A DNA stretch of 32,905 nucleotides from Paracoccus haematequi (GTDB taxonomy: Bacteria; Pseudomonadota; Alphaproteobacteria; Rhodobacterales; Rhodobacteraceae). The position numbers and the translations under genes were made by a program. The DNA is taken from assembly GCA_943370015.1 (NCBI GenBank), contig CALRPK020000001.1, positions 1 through 32,905 of the forward strand, read 5' to 3'. The stretch's first letter is position 1. Every line of letters begins with the position of its first letter. The notes under the pieces were generated by a model. The model searched no databases and was not told the origin of the DNA. It worked only from the letters and a program-made list of their open reading frames with translations. This document shows, piece after piece, positions 9,521-17,826 of the stretch.

Positions 9521-10050
9521 TGCGGCACCCCCGTGGCGGACCCGATGCTTTCGGGATGGATGTGGCCCGTCAGGCTGATCCCGGAGGCCACCACATCGCC
9601 CGAGGCGGTCAAGCTGCCTTCAAGAGTGACATCGCCGGTGATCGTCAGACCACCGGGGGCACTGATCACAACGCGGCCCCCGGCAAGGTCCAGCGTGAAG
9701 GTGTTGGCGTCACGGTCATATTCGATCACCGCGCCATTGGCATAGACGGTGCGATGCAGCCCGGCGCGGTCACCGGGGGCAGGTCCGTCCTCGGAATAGA
9801 GCGCGTGCGAGATCGCCGCCGCCCCGAGATTGCCGGAGGGCGCGACCACGACGACCTGTTCGCCCACCTCAAGCGGCGTCCAGGTGCGGTTTCCGCCCGC
9901 CCGCGCGGCGGGCATGGGCAGATCGGCGGTCACGTTTTCACCGATACGGACCCGCGCCGTCGCCTTGGCATAGTCCACCGCTTCGACGCGCCCGATGTTG
10001 ATCAGGTTCGCGATCTGGCGGTTGAGTTCTGTGATGTCGGCCCCGCTCAT
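9517..10050 (-). CDS. Baseplate spike protein V
   Basis: NLINIGRV...ARVRIG...GEQV...; C-terminal HxH iron-binding motif (GHIH). Confidence 0.92.
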   Translation of the reverse strand: MSGADITELNRQIANLINIGRVEAVDYAKATARVRIGENVTADLPMPAARAGGNRTWTPLEVGEQVVVVAPSGNLGAAAISHALYSEDGPAPGDRAGLHRTVYANGAVIEYDRDANTFTLDLAGGRVVISAPGGLTITGDVTLEGSLTASGDVVASGISLTGHIHPESIGSATGVPQ

Positions 10051-10517
10051 TGCGGAACCCCTTGGAACGGCGCGGGCGCGATGACCGTGCTCGGGACGAC
10101 ACCCGGCCCGATGAACCGGAGCACTTCGCCCGACAGGGTGAACGTCAGGGCTTGGACCAGAACAGCCTCGCGCGCCAGCACACGGAACTCGTCCAGGACA
10201 ACGCGCGCCGTTTCCGTGATCCGACCCACCGCAACCGTTTCGCGCTTCAGGAACACGGGGCTGCCAATCAGGTCCGCAAGCAGTTCCTGCGACAGGTCCA
10301 TGTTGGTCAGATCATCGGTGCGCAGATCCACCCGCACCTTGCCTTCGACCGAATAGAGGCGCTCAAAGCCGTCTGCGATCCCGCCCGCGACGGTGAACTT
10401 CGCACTTTCGATCAGGACGACAACCCCGGTGCGGTCCCACAAGGTTGCCGACGCCGTGGGCATCAGGGCCGCGATGCGCGAGTTGATTTCGGCGTCGATG
10501 CGGTCGCGAAGGCGCAT
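10047..10517 (-). CDS. Hypothetical virion protein (tail completion/terminator by position)
   Basis: MRLRDRIDAEINSRIAAL...; fills the gap between connector and gpV, with its stop coupled to the gpV start. Confidence 0.55.
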   Translation of the reverse strand: MRLRDRIDAEINSRIAALMPTASATLWDRTGVVVLIESAKFTVAGGIADGFERLYSVEGKVRVDLRTDDLTNMDLSQELLADLIGSPVFLKRETVAVGRITETARVVLDEFRVLAREAVLVQALTFTLSGEVLRFIGPGVVPSTVIAPAPFQGVPQ

Positions 10518-10528
10518 GCAGATGTCTC

Positions 10529-10933
10529 TCAGATCGCGTAAAGGGTGAATGTCGTGGTGTTGACCACCGCGTCGGTGTCCGCAGAGGCCGTGCGGGGCAG
10601 AATGGACAGCAGGCGCTCGAAGCGCGCCATGAGACGTGTCTCGCGTGAGGCGACGTCTTCCGGCGTCAGGAAACGGAACTCCACGGTTCCTTCCAGCCGC
10701 CCCACCTTCGCTGCTCCGTCCAGAGCGAAGGTGTTGAGCCAAGGCAGAGCGGTTGCCAGCGCGCGGACCGTCAAGGCTTCATCCCACACCGGCTCGAAGC
10801 CAGCGGGAGCGTCAGGAAAGCCCGACCGCCTGCGCAGGTCTTCCGCTGCCAGATCGAGGTGCGCAGCAATCAGGCTGTCTGGCACTTCCGAAGGCAGGTT
10901 GGCATAGGCGCGCAGGCGGTCGGTCGGGGTCAT
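10529..10933 (-). CDS. Putative head completion / head-tail connector protein
   Basis: 134 aa, MTPTDRLRAYANLP...HLDLAAEDL; directly follows the capsid gene. Confidence 0.6.
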   Translation of the reverse strand: MTPTDRLRAYANLPSEVPDSLIAAHLDLAAEDLRRRSGFPDAPAGFEPVWDEALTVRALATALPWLNTFALDGAAKVGRLEGTVEFRFLTPEDVASRETRLMARFERLLSILPRTASADTDAVVNTTTFTLYAI

Positions 10934-10940
10934 GGTGTGC

Positions 10941-11882
10941 TCACCGTCTGGCTGCGATGACGCAGTATTCCTTCACGGCGATCTCGTAATCGACCGCCAT
11001 GTCGAAGGTGAATTCCAGCGCCCGCTTGCGCTGGTGGTAGGCCTTGTCGCGCTTCACATCGGTGTGGATGCCGTGGACGAGGTTCTTCAGCGGGGTGAAC
11101 ATCACCTTGCCGCGCGGCATGTCGCCCACCGCTTCGATGGGACGGCCTTCGAAGCGACGGATCGCGCTATCGGCGATGAGGGCCGATCCGGTCACCGGGC
11201 CAACGATCTCGCGGAAATAGTCATCCGCGTCGGCACTGTTCATGATCAACACGCTGTCACGCAGGGCGCGCGGGTCGGCTGCCGACGTCACCTGCGTCAA
11301 CGCAACCTTCCAACCATCCGTCGTCGGATCGATATCCACCTTCTTTGTCGCCGGGGCATCGGTCGCGATTTGCAGCCAGCCCTTGTTCAGGCGGACGAAC
11401 TTCTCTTCGCGGTTCGCACCGGTGTTGTCGTCGCTGACGCCGTTGAAGCCCAGATCGACCAGGTCGCGGGAAACGGCCAGCGTGTAGGAAGCTTCCAGCA
11501 TGGACAGGATTTCCGGGTTGTCCTTGTGGTTGCGCAAGGTGTCCAACGTCACCGACGGGAACAGCTGCACCGGAAGTGCGGTCAGCACACAGCCGTAGTT
11601 GCCCGCCGATGCGAATTGATCCTGATCCGGATCGACACCCTGCGGCACACGCACCATCTGGCGGCGGGCCATGTCCAGCGCAGAAACCTCTTGCTTCAGC
11701 GAGGTCATCATTTCCGTGGTGACCTTCGACAGGAAATCCGTCGCGAACACCATCTGGATCAGGCGGGTGGCGGCTTTGGGTTGAAGGGTGCCACCCACCG
11801 CCAGGTCGGCGGGGGTAATCAGCCCCTTTGCCAGGGCGACGATGTCATCCATCACCTCGCCCGATTTCAGCGTGATCTTCAC
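10941..11882 (-). CDS. Major capsid protein, P2 family
   Basis: GGTLQP..ATRLI...FLSKVT...DLVDLGFNG...NKGWLQ...FTPLKNL; the GFNG and NKGWLQ motifs are typical of P2-family capsids. Confidence 0.85.
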   Translation of the reverse strand: MKITLKSGEVMDDIVALAKGLITPADLAVGGTLQPKAATRLIQMVFATDFLSKVTTEMMTSLKQEVSALDMARRQMVRVPQGVDPDQDQFASAGNYGCVLTALPVQLFPSVTLDTLRNHKDNPEILSMLEASYTLAVSRDLVDLGFNGVSDDNTGANREEKFVRLNKGWLQIATDAPATKKVDIDPTTDGWKVALTQVTSAADPRALRDSVLIMNSADADDYFREIVGPVTGSALIADSAIRRFEGRPIEAVGDMPRGKVMFTPLKNLVHGIHTDVKRDKAYHQRKRALEFTFDMAVDYEIAVKEYCVIAARR

Positions 11883-12805
11883 AGGAAGCTCTCCTCGTTT
11901 TGTTTGTTGCCGCCGCCGACTTCCGTCGCGCCCTTTGCGGTCTTGATCGCCAGCTTGTCTTCTAGCGCCGCGACTGCCGTTTTCAGGGCAGCGATTTCCT
12001 CGCTGGACGCGGGGGCGGACGTGGGCGGGGCAGACTTGGCCACGCCTTGCGGGTCAACCGGCGGGGCGGTCTGGGTGGGTGGTGTCTGGGTCTGGCCGCT
12101 CTGCGCCTCGCCACTCTGCGTCTGGCCGGTGCCGAGGCCCGCCGCCTTCAGCGCGACGGTCAGCGCCGGGGTGAGTTCGTCCTTCAGCGTGGCGCGGACG
12201 ATCTCTTTGACCTTGGCTTCGTCCATGTCGGGTTCCTTCTGGTTTGGGTCTTTTGTGTCTTGGGACTTCGCGAACAGACCTTTGAGCCACGCGGCAAAAC
12301 CCGCGCCGTCCTTTTCGGTCCATTGGGTGGCTGGGGGCGCGGGGGTCGCCTGATCGACGCGGGCGATGCCTGCCAGCGAAATGCCGGTCAGCGCGCCAGA
12401 TTTCAGGTCTGCCCAGACGTCCGGATCGCCGATCTGGATGCCGACAGCCCAAGCGCCCTCAGGTTCTTCGGGAAACATCGGGTCGCCCGCCCGCAGCAGC
12501 CAGCTTTCGGCGACATAGTGGGTTTCCGGCGCGAAGCTGTGTTCACGGTCCACATTCTTGGCGCGGCCTTCACGCATGAACTCATAGGCCGCGCGACGGA
12601 TGGTGGCGCTGTCAGCCGTGTCACCATGGCTGTCCACCTCGTCCGGCGCGTAGACGATACCGTAAGCCATCATCCGTTCGTCATCTGCCTTGACGATGCG
12701 GATCGTCTGGGCGCGCCCGTCGGACTTGAGCGTCAACCCTTTGCCGGTCGCAGGGGTGCGGACAAGCGAGATGAACGATACGGAAAGTTGGGTCAGCCGG
12801 GACAA
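11879..12805 (-). CDS. XkdF-like prohead serine protease / scaffold
   Basis: FISLV..PA...YGIVYAPDEVDSHGD...ESW...GAW...LTGISLAG, followed by a low-complexity scaffold-like tail; likely TTG start at 12805 after AAGGTGG. Confidence 0.85.
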   Translation of the reverse strand: MSRLTQLSVSFISLVRTPATGKGLTLKSDGRAQTIRIVKADDERMMAYGIVYAPDEVDSHGDTADSATIRRAAYEFMREGRAKNVDREHSFAPETHYVAESWLLRAGDPMFPEEPEGAWAVGIQIGDPDVWADLKSGALTGISLAGIARVDQATPAPPATQWTEKDGAGFAAWLKGLFAKSQDTKDPNQKEPDMDEAKVKEIVRATLKDELTPALTVALKAAGLGTGQTQSGEAQSGQTQTPPTQTAPPVDPQGVAKSAPPTSAPASSEEIAALKTAVAALEDKLAIKTAKGATEVGGGNKQNEESFL

Positions 12806-12977
12806 CGGTTCCACCTTGGTTGCGGGCAGCGATTTTGGGCAGCACTTGGTGTGCTGAAACCCTCTTGCCACGGGGTGTCCGGTCGGGCCAGATAGCGGGG
12901 TTGGTGGCTCTCCGTATCTGGAATTTCAAAGGCTTAGTGCAATTTCGAGACCGGCTCCTGTCCTGTAATGACAGGGC
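12806..12977. promoter_or_regulatory. Divergent late promoter region with three inverted repeats
   Basis: Intergenic between divergent protease and portal genes; IRs cagcac/gtgctg (12840-12856), ccagata/tatctgg (12888-12921) and cctgtc/gacagg (12957-12975). Confidence 0.6.
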
Positions 12978-14267
12978 ATGACCAGACCCGATGATAACCC
13001 CGCCGAACTGACCGAAACCGCCTCCGGCTATTCCGAGGTGCTGCGCTTCAATGTCGGCGCGATGCTCGATATGCGGGACGCGACCGGGGTCGATGGCGAA
13101 TACGTCTGGCCCCATCCGCCGCTCCATCTGGCAGCGCTGGCACGGGCATCGGCGGAACATGGTCGCGCGATCACCCTGAAGGCCGAAGGGGCCTTTGGGC
13201 GGGGCGTGATCGGGACCGGTGCGGACGACCTGGACAAGGTGTGTGATGGCGGTGCAGTCGAACTGTTCACCGGTCTCGGGATCGACCTTGAAACCTACGG
13301 CAACGCCTTCATCCAGATCGTCAGCGGATCGGGCGGGCGGATCGCGCAGCTGCGCCGTCTGCCCGCCATTACCATGTCGCGCTATCGGGCGGGCTTCCTC
13401 CAACGCATTCCCTTGCCCTCTGGTGACCGACGCGTCGTGACCTTCGGGCCGGACGAAATCCTGCACCTGCGTGACCACAGTGTCACGGGACGCCAGTACG
13501 GCGAGCCGTCGTGGATCGGCGCGGAAGGGATGCTGCAACTGACGCAGGCGGCGGTCCAGTTCAACGCGGCCTTCTTCACCAATGGCGCGATGCCCGAATA
13601 TGCCGTGGTCTTTGAAGGATCGACGCCCAGCGAAGCGCAGCGCAATGACGTTCGCAACTTCTTCCTGCGCGAATACGCGGGCGTCGGGAACGCGCACCGC
13701 ACCATGGTCCTGCATGTCAACGAAGGCACCAAGGTCACCTTTGAACGCCTGACCGCCGAAATGAAGGATGGTGACTTCCTGAAGCTTCTGGATGCGGCAC
13801 GTGACCGGATCGTGACAGCGCATGGCGTGCCGCCGCGCATGCTGGGCATCATGTCCGCAGGGCAGCTTGGCGGCGGCGGCGAAATCACCGGGCAGATGTT
13901 CCTTTTCGAACTTCTGACGCTCGCCCCGCGCCGGGATCGAATGATGGGCCGTATCAAGCCGATCCTGACAAGGCTTGGTCTGACGGCGGTGCCCCCGGAG
14001 GAAGCCGACGGCGGGCCGGGACGCGTGGCGTTCCGCCCCTTGGACCTGACCCCTCCCGACCAGGACATCCCGCCGCTGGCCGAATTGGTCAACGCAGGCA
14101 TCCTGACGGCGGAAGAGGCCTACGCTGTCCTGCCCCTCTCCGCACGTCCGGAACAAGGGCGCAAGTCGCCTGCACCGCAACCGGGTCAACAGTCTGGCCA
14201 AACAACTCCCACCCAGAAGTCGGGCGGCGGTTTGGATGCGCTTGCCGCCCTTTTGGCGCGGATTTGA
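12978..14267 (+). CDS. Portal protein (PBSX / P2 gpQ-like)
   Basis: DLETYGNAFIQ...EILHLR...YGEP...FFTNGAMP...KDGDFL...AHGVPP.MLGI. Confidence 0.9.
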   Translation: MTRPDDNPAELTETASGYSEVLRFNVGAMLDMRDATGVDGEYVWPHPPLHLAALARASAEHGRAITLKAEGAFGRGVIGTGADDLDKVCDGGAVELFTGLGIDLETYGNAFIQIVSGSGGRIAQLRRLPAITMSRYRAGFLQRIPLPSGDRRVVTFGPDEILHLRDHSVTGRQYGEPSWIGAEGMLQLTQAAVQFNAAFFTNGAMPEYAVVFEGSTPSEAQRNDVRNFFLREYAGVGNAHRTMVLHVNEGTKVTFERLTAEMKDGDFLKLLDAARDRIVTAHGVPPRMLGIMSAGQLGGGGEITGQMFLFELLTLAPRRDRMMGRIKPILTRLGLTAVPPEEADGGPGRVAFRPLDLTPPDQDIPPLAELVNAGILTAEEAYAVLPLSARPEQGRKSPAPQPGQQSGQTTPTQKSGGGLDALAALLARI

Positions 14268-14275
14268 GGGGCGGC

Positions 14276-16009
14276 ATGGTCAGAAAAACACCCACCCCGA
14301 AAAACGGCCCAGAAACGGCCTCTGCGTCCGTAGCCACCCTAGCTCCGCAAAATGGGCGAACCCCCTCTGAAACGTTGCGCTACGGCGTCTCCGAGGCCAT
14401 TGGCAAGCCTGACGCGCGGAGGGGCCGTCCGTCCACCTTCGGAGAAGCCGAGCGCAACGCGGCATTCCTTGCCTACGTCGCGGGCGACAGCACAACGGAA
14501 ATCGCGGCTCGTATCGGGTGCAGCGCGCGGACGGTGCGCGACTGGGTGCGCGACGGCGGGTGGAAACGCCAGCTCCAATCCCAGCGCGAAACCGTCCAGG
14601 GGCTTGAGGCGCAAATCCTGCGCCTATCGCGCAAGACCGACCTGACGACGGCACAGGCGCAGCGCTTAGCGATGCTGACCAAGTCGCTGGACCGACTGAA
14701 GAAATCGGTTCCCGCCCCGAAACCGCGCCCCATCGTCCAGAACGCCGTCAGCGCCGAGGTGTTGGCCCGTGTGCTGGACCCTTCCTATGGCCTTTACGCC
14801 TATCAGATCGATTTCCTGCAATCTGAGGATCGCTTCCGGATCGTGCTGAAGGCGCGGCAGATCGGCTTTTCCTATGTCGTGGGCTTGGCCGTCCTTTTGG
14901 GGGCGCTGGCGGGCCGTCCGCAGATCGTGGTGTCCGCGTCGGAACGTCAGGCCCAGATCATCCTGAACTATGCCCGGCTGCATGCAGGGCGTCTGGATAT
15001 CCTGATAGAGGGCGACAAAAAGGACGAACTGACGGTCGCAGGCACGCGGATCATTGCGGTCAGCACCAACTTCCGCACCGCGCAGGGCTGGCCGGGGGAT
15101 GTCTGGTTCGACGAATTCGCATGGGTTCGTCAGCAGAAGCTGCTCTTCGCGGCTCTTGTCCCGTCCATCACCGCTATGGATGGTCGCGTCACCATTTTCT
15201 CGACACCCTTCACGCCGGGGTCGTTGTTTTGGGAGATCGCCACCAACCACAGGGGGCGTTACAACCAATGGCGGCGCTGGACGATCACGCTTCAGGACGC
15301 GATTGACCAGGGCATGCCGCTGGAAGGTGGCATTGATGTGCTGCGCGACCTGTTCGACAGCGAAAGCTGGGCGATGTTCTATCAGTGCCAATGGGCCGAG
15401 GATGGCACTGCGCTGCTCTCTTGGTCGTTGCTGCATGAACTGACGCATGAGGCCATCGATCCGGCCCGCTTTGGGCGACTTCATGGCGGCGTCGATGTGG
15501 GTCGCATCAACGACCGCACGGCCATTGCCCTGATTGGTCAGGAAGTGCGCGACGGCGCGTGGCAAGATCGCTTCGCCCTTGTCCATCACGAAAGCCACAA
15601 GGGCGTGACCTTTGACGGTCAGCGCCAAGCCATCCTCGACGTTGATGGCCGCTATCACATCGACCACTGGGGCATCGACCGTACCGGCATCGGCATGCAG
15701 TTGGCGGAAGAGCTTTGTGCAAAGTGGCCGGAGCGGTTCGAAGGCGTGTGGTTCAGCGCACAGCGCAAATCGCGGCTGGCCTTGAACCTTCTGAAACTGG
15801 CCGAAGAAAAGCGCCTGATCCTGCCCAACGATCCGGACGTGCTGGCCCAACTTCACGCCGTCAAAAAGCAGGTCAGCGGCCAGACCATCAAATACGACGC
15901 CGACAGGACCGAGGACGGCCACGGCGACATGTTCTGGGCTGTTGCCATCGCAGCAGAGGGGCGCGCCGGCGGCGCGACGGGCGGCGGTGTGGGGGTGTGG
16001 GTGTTCTGA
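14276..16009 (+). CDS. Terminase large subunit with N-terminal HTH (P2 gpP-like)
   Basis: HTH (TTEIAARIGCSARTVRDW); Walker A LKARQIGFS; Walker B VWFDEFAW; nuclease GVDVGR...D and HGDMFWA. Confidence 0.93.
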   Translation: MVRKTPTPKNGPETASASVATLAPQNGRTPSETLRYGVSEAIGKPDARRGRPSTFGEAERNAAFLAYVAGDSTTEIAARIGCSARTVRDWVRDGGWKRQLQSQRETVQGLEAQILRLSRKTDLTTAQAQRLAMLTKSLDRLKKSVPAPKPRPIVQNAVSAEVLARVLDPSYGLYAYQIDFLQSEDRFRIVLKARQIGFSYVVGLAVLLGALAGRPQIVVSASERQAQIILNYARLHAGRLDILIEGDKKDELTVAGTRIIAVSTNFRTAQGWPGDVWFDEFAWVRQQKLLFAALVPSITAMDGRVTIFSTPFTPGSLFWEIATNHRGRYNQWRRWTITLQDAIDQGMPLEGGIDVLRDLFDSESWAMFYQCQWAEDGTALLSWSLLHELTHEAIDPARFGRLHGGVDVGRINDRTAIALIGQEVRDGAWQDRFALVHHESHKGVTFDGQRQAILDVDGRYHIDHWGIDRTGIGMQLAEELCAKWPERFEGVWFSAQRKSRLALNLLKLAEEKRLILPNDPDVLAQLHAVKKQVSGQTIKYDADRTEDGHGDMFWAVAIAAEGRAGGATGGGVGVWVF

Positions 16010-16431
16010 TGCTGGATGTTCAGATGATCAGCCGTCAGGTTGCCGAACGCATCCGCGATCACGCCACCGATCCGGGCTTTGTGCCCGTGCAGTCGGGCGA
16101 GCTTCGCAAGGCGCATGTGGTCATGGATTACGGCAGCACCGATGCCATCCTGACCGCGAACACGCCCTATGCCCGCGCCGTCCATGACGGACGTCCCGCG
16201 ATCACGATCCGACCCAAGTCGCGCAAGGCGATCCTTTGGGGCGGTGCGGCGCATCCGGTGCGCGCTGTCCGACAGCCTGCGCGCGCGGGAAACCCATGGC
16301 TGCAACGCGCGGTGCAGGCGCTTCAGGCCGAAGGTCTGGACTTCCTCGCCCCGCAGTTCGGTCCCGACGTCGCCCGCGAACTGACCGCTTCCCTGCGCGC
16401 GCAGGGTCTCACAGTCAACTCAACCTCTTGA
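16009..16431 (+). CDS. Virion morphogenesis protein (HK97 gp10 / Mu gpG-like)
   Basis: PVQSGELRK...NTPYARAVHDG...IRPK..KA...P...NPWL; ATG overlaps the terminase TGA. Confidence 0.75.
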   Translation: MLDVQMISRQVAERIRDHATDPGFVPVQSGELRKAHVVMDYGSTDAILTANTPYARAVHDGRPAITIRPKSRKAILWGGAAHPVRAVRQPARAGNPWLQRAVQALQAEGLDFLAPQFGPDVARELTASLRAQGLTVNSTS

Positions 16432-16444
16432 AACGGAGAACCTC

Positions 16445-16978
16445 ATGGCAAAGAAGCTGCCCATCACTGACGCCTTCGCCCTTGCCGTCTCCTTCGTTCT
16501 CGCGAAGGAGATCGAAGGGGGTTACGTCAACGATCCCCGCGACCCCGGTGGTGAGACCAACTTCGGGATTTCGAAGCGGTCCTACCCGAACCTCGACATC
16601 CGGGGCCTCACCAAAGATGATGCCATCGCGATCTACCGCCGCGACTACTGGGACGCGGTGCAGGGCGATGCGCTTCCTCCGGTGATTGCCGTGGCGGTCT
16701 TTGATGCTGCCGTTAACCAAGGACGCAGCCCCGCAATCACCCTTCTGCAACGCGCTGCCGGGGTCACGGCGGATGGACGTCTCGGCCCGCTCACGCTTGC
16801 CGCCGTGCAGGCGGCCGATCCGGACGAGCTCCTGTTTGAGTATCTCGGTTGGCGTGCCCGTCGCTACCACGGCACCGCCAACGCGGATGTCTACATCAGG
16901 GGCTGGATGATCCGGCTGTTCCGCCTGCTCGCCTTTGCCCTTAGCGCGTTCGATGCAGACGGAAAGGTGGCGGCGTGA
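16445..16978 (+). CDS. Endolysin, glycoside hydrolase family 108 with peptidoglycan-binding domain
   Basis: EGGYVNDPRDPGGETNFGI...YW...FDAAVNQG...DGRLGP.T. Confidence 0.93.
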   Translation: MAKKLPITDAFALAVSFVLAKEIEGGYVNDPRDPGGETNFGISKRSYPNLDIRGLTKDDAIAIYRRDYWDAVQGDALPPVIAVAVFDAAVNQGRSPAITLLQRAAGVTADGRLGPLTLAAVQAADPDELLFEYLGWRARRYHGTANADVYIRGWMIRLFRLLAFALSAFDADGKVAA

Positions 16979-17193
16979 TGCGATATTTCCTTCCCAAATC
17001 GCTCACGTGGTGGGCAGGCGCGGGCCTCGTCCTCACTGGCCTCGTGCGTGGCCTCGGCGCAGCCTTTGACCTTGGTCCGGTGGGGGCCGTCATTGATGCC
17101 TGGTCGGGCGCTTTGCCGCCATCGGTGCTGATCCTGCAAGGCGCGGGTCTCATCGGTCTGCGCGGGGCGATGAAGGCGGTGGGCAATGTCTGA
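16975..17193 (+). CDS. Putative holin
   Basis: 72 aa, hydrophobic; KSLTWW...GLIGLR motif; follows the endolysin. Confidence 0.7.
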   Translation: MMRYFLPKSLTWWAGAGLVLTGLVRGLGAAFDLGPVGAVIDAWSGALPPSVLILQGAGLIGLRGAMKAVGNV

Positions 17194-17455
17194 CCTGGTC
17201 GCGGTTCTTGTCTTGATCGGGGGCGGCGTTGCCGCCCTTGCACTCACCCTTTTGCGCGCCCGTCGAAGGGGTGCCGCCGAAGCCACTGCGAAACTCCGAG
17301 ATGAAGAGGTGCGTCATGCCCATGAGATCGCCGAAACCGTCGCCAATGCCCGTGCCGAGCGCAAGGCGCAGGATACCCGCCGCAGTGATGGTGCTGGCAC
17401 TGGCCCTGACCGGATGCGCAAAGACCCCTACCGCGACCGGGGCTGGCGCGATTGA
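17186..17455 (+). CDS. Putative inner-membrane spanin (Rz-like)
   Basis: Single N-terminal TM helix followed by a charged helical region; overlapped by a lipoprotein ORF. Confidence 0.7.
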   Translation: MSDLVAVLVLIGGGVAALALTLLRARRRGAAEATAKLRDEEVRHAHEIAETVANARAERKAQDTRRSDGAGTGPDRMRKDPYRDRGWRD

Positions 17456-17594
17456 GGCCACCCTCTGCCGTGTCTGGGGGGAAGGACTTCCCACGCGCAG
17501 CCGGGCCGATACGGCACAGACCCAAGACGAGATCGGCGCCGCCTATGCCGATTTTGCCGCCGCCTGCCCTGACCACCACAACCTTATCCCCTGA
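17346..17594 (+). CDS. Putative outer-membrane spanin lipoprotein (Rz1-like)
   Basis: MPVPSARRRIPAAVMVLALALTG-C signal peptide with LTGC lipobox; +1 frame overlap with the i-spanin. Confidence 0.72.
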   Translation: MPVPSARRRIPAAVMVLALALTGCAKTPTATGAGAIEATLCRVWGEGLPTRSRADTAQTQDEIGAAYADFAAACPDHHNLIP

Positions 17595-17622
17595 CTGGGG
17601 CAACCGATCGGAAGGACGGACC

Positions 17623-17826
17623 ATGCAATTTGAACTCAAAGACCTGATCGCATGGGCCACCCTTCTAGTCGGAGCCTTGGCGCAGTTCTTCCACCTGAAG
17701 GGCCGGATCATGGTGCTGGAAAGCCGTCAGGACGACTTCAAGGAAACCATCAAAGAGAACTTCGACAAGCTGGGCCGTCAGTTGGAGCAGATCGACTCGA
17801 AGCTCGACAAGAAAGCGGACAAGTAA
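17623..17826 (+). CDS. Small membrane-anchored coiled-coil protein (lysis region)
   Basis: MQFELKDLIAWATLLVGALAQFF...QIDSKLDKKADK; RBS AAGGA; stop overlaps the next ATG. Confidence 0.75.
   Translation: MQFELKDLIAWATLLVGALAQFFHLKGRIMVLESRQDDFKETIKENFDKLGRQLEQIDSKLDKKADK

Noticed and set aside
275-10050. Stand-alone tailocin or gene transfer agent
   Set aside because: Capsid, portal, terminase, transposase and repressor all lie within the same bounded element.
12040-12135. Short repeats (tctgcg/tctggc) in the protease gene
   Set aside because: They encode a low-complexity Q/T/P scaffold linker and are explained at the protein level.
16975-16983. Holin dual-start motif (GTG ATG)
   Set aside because: There is no charged residue between the two starts, and the arrangement is explained by overlap with the endolysin stop.
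15500-17500. Mu-type strong gyrase site at the genome centre
   Set aside because: The centre is densely coding and I cannot recognise such a site from sequence alone.
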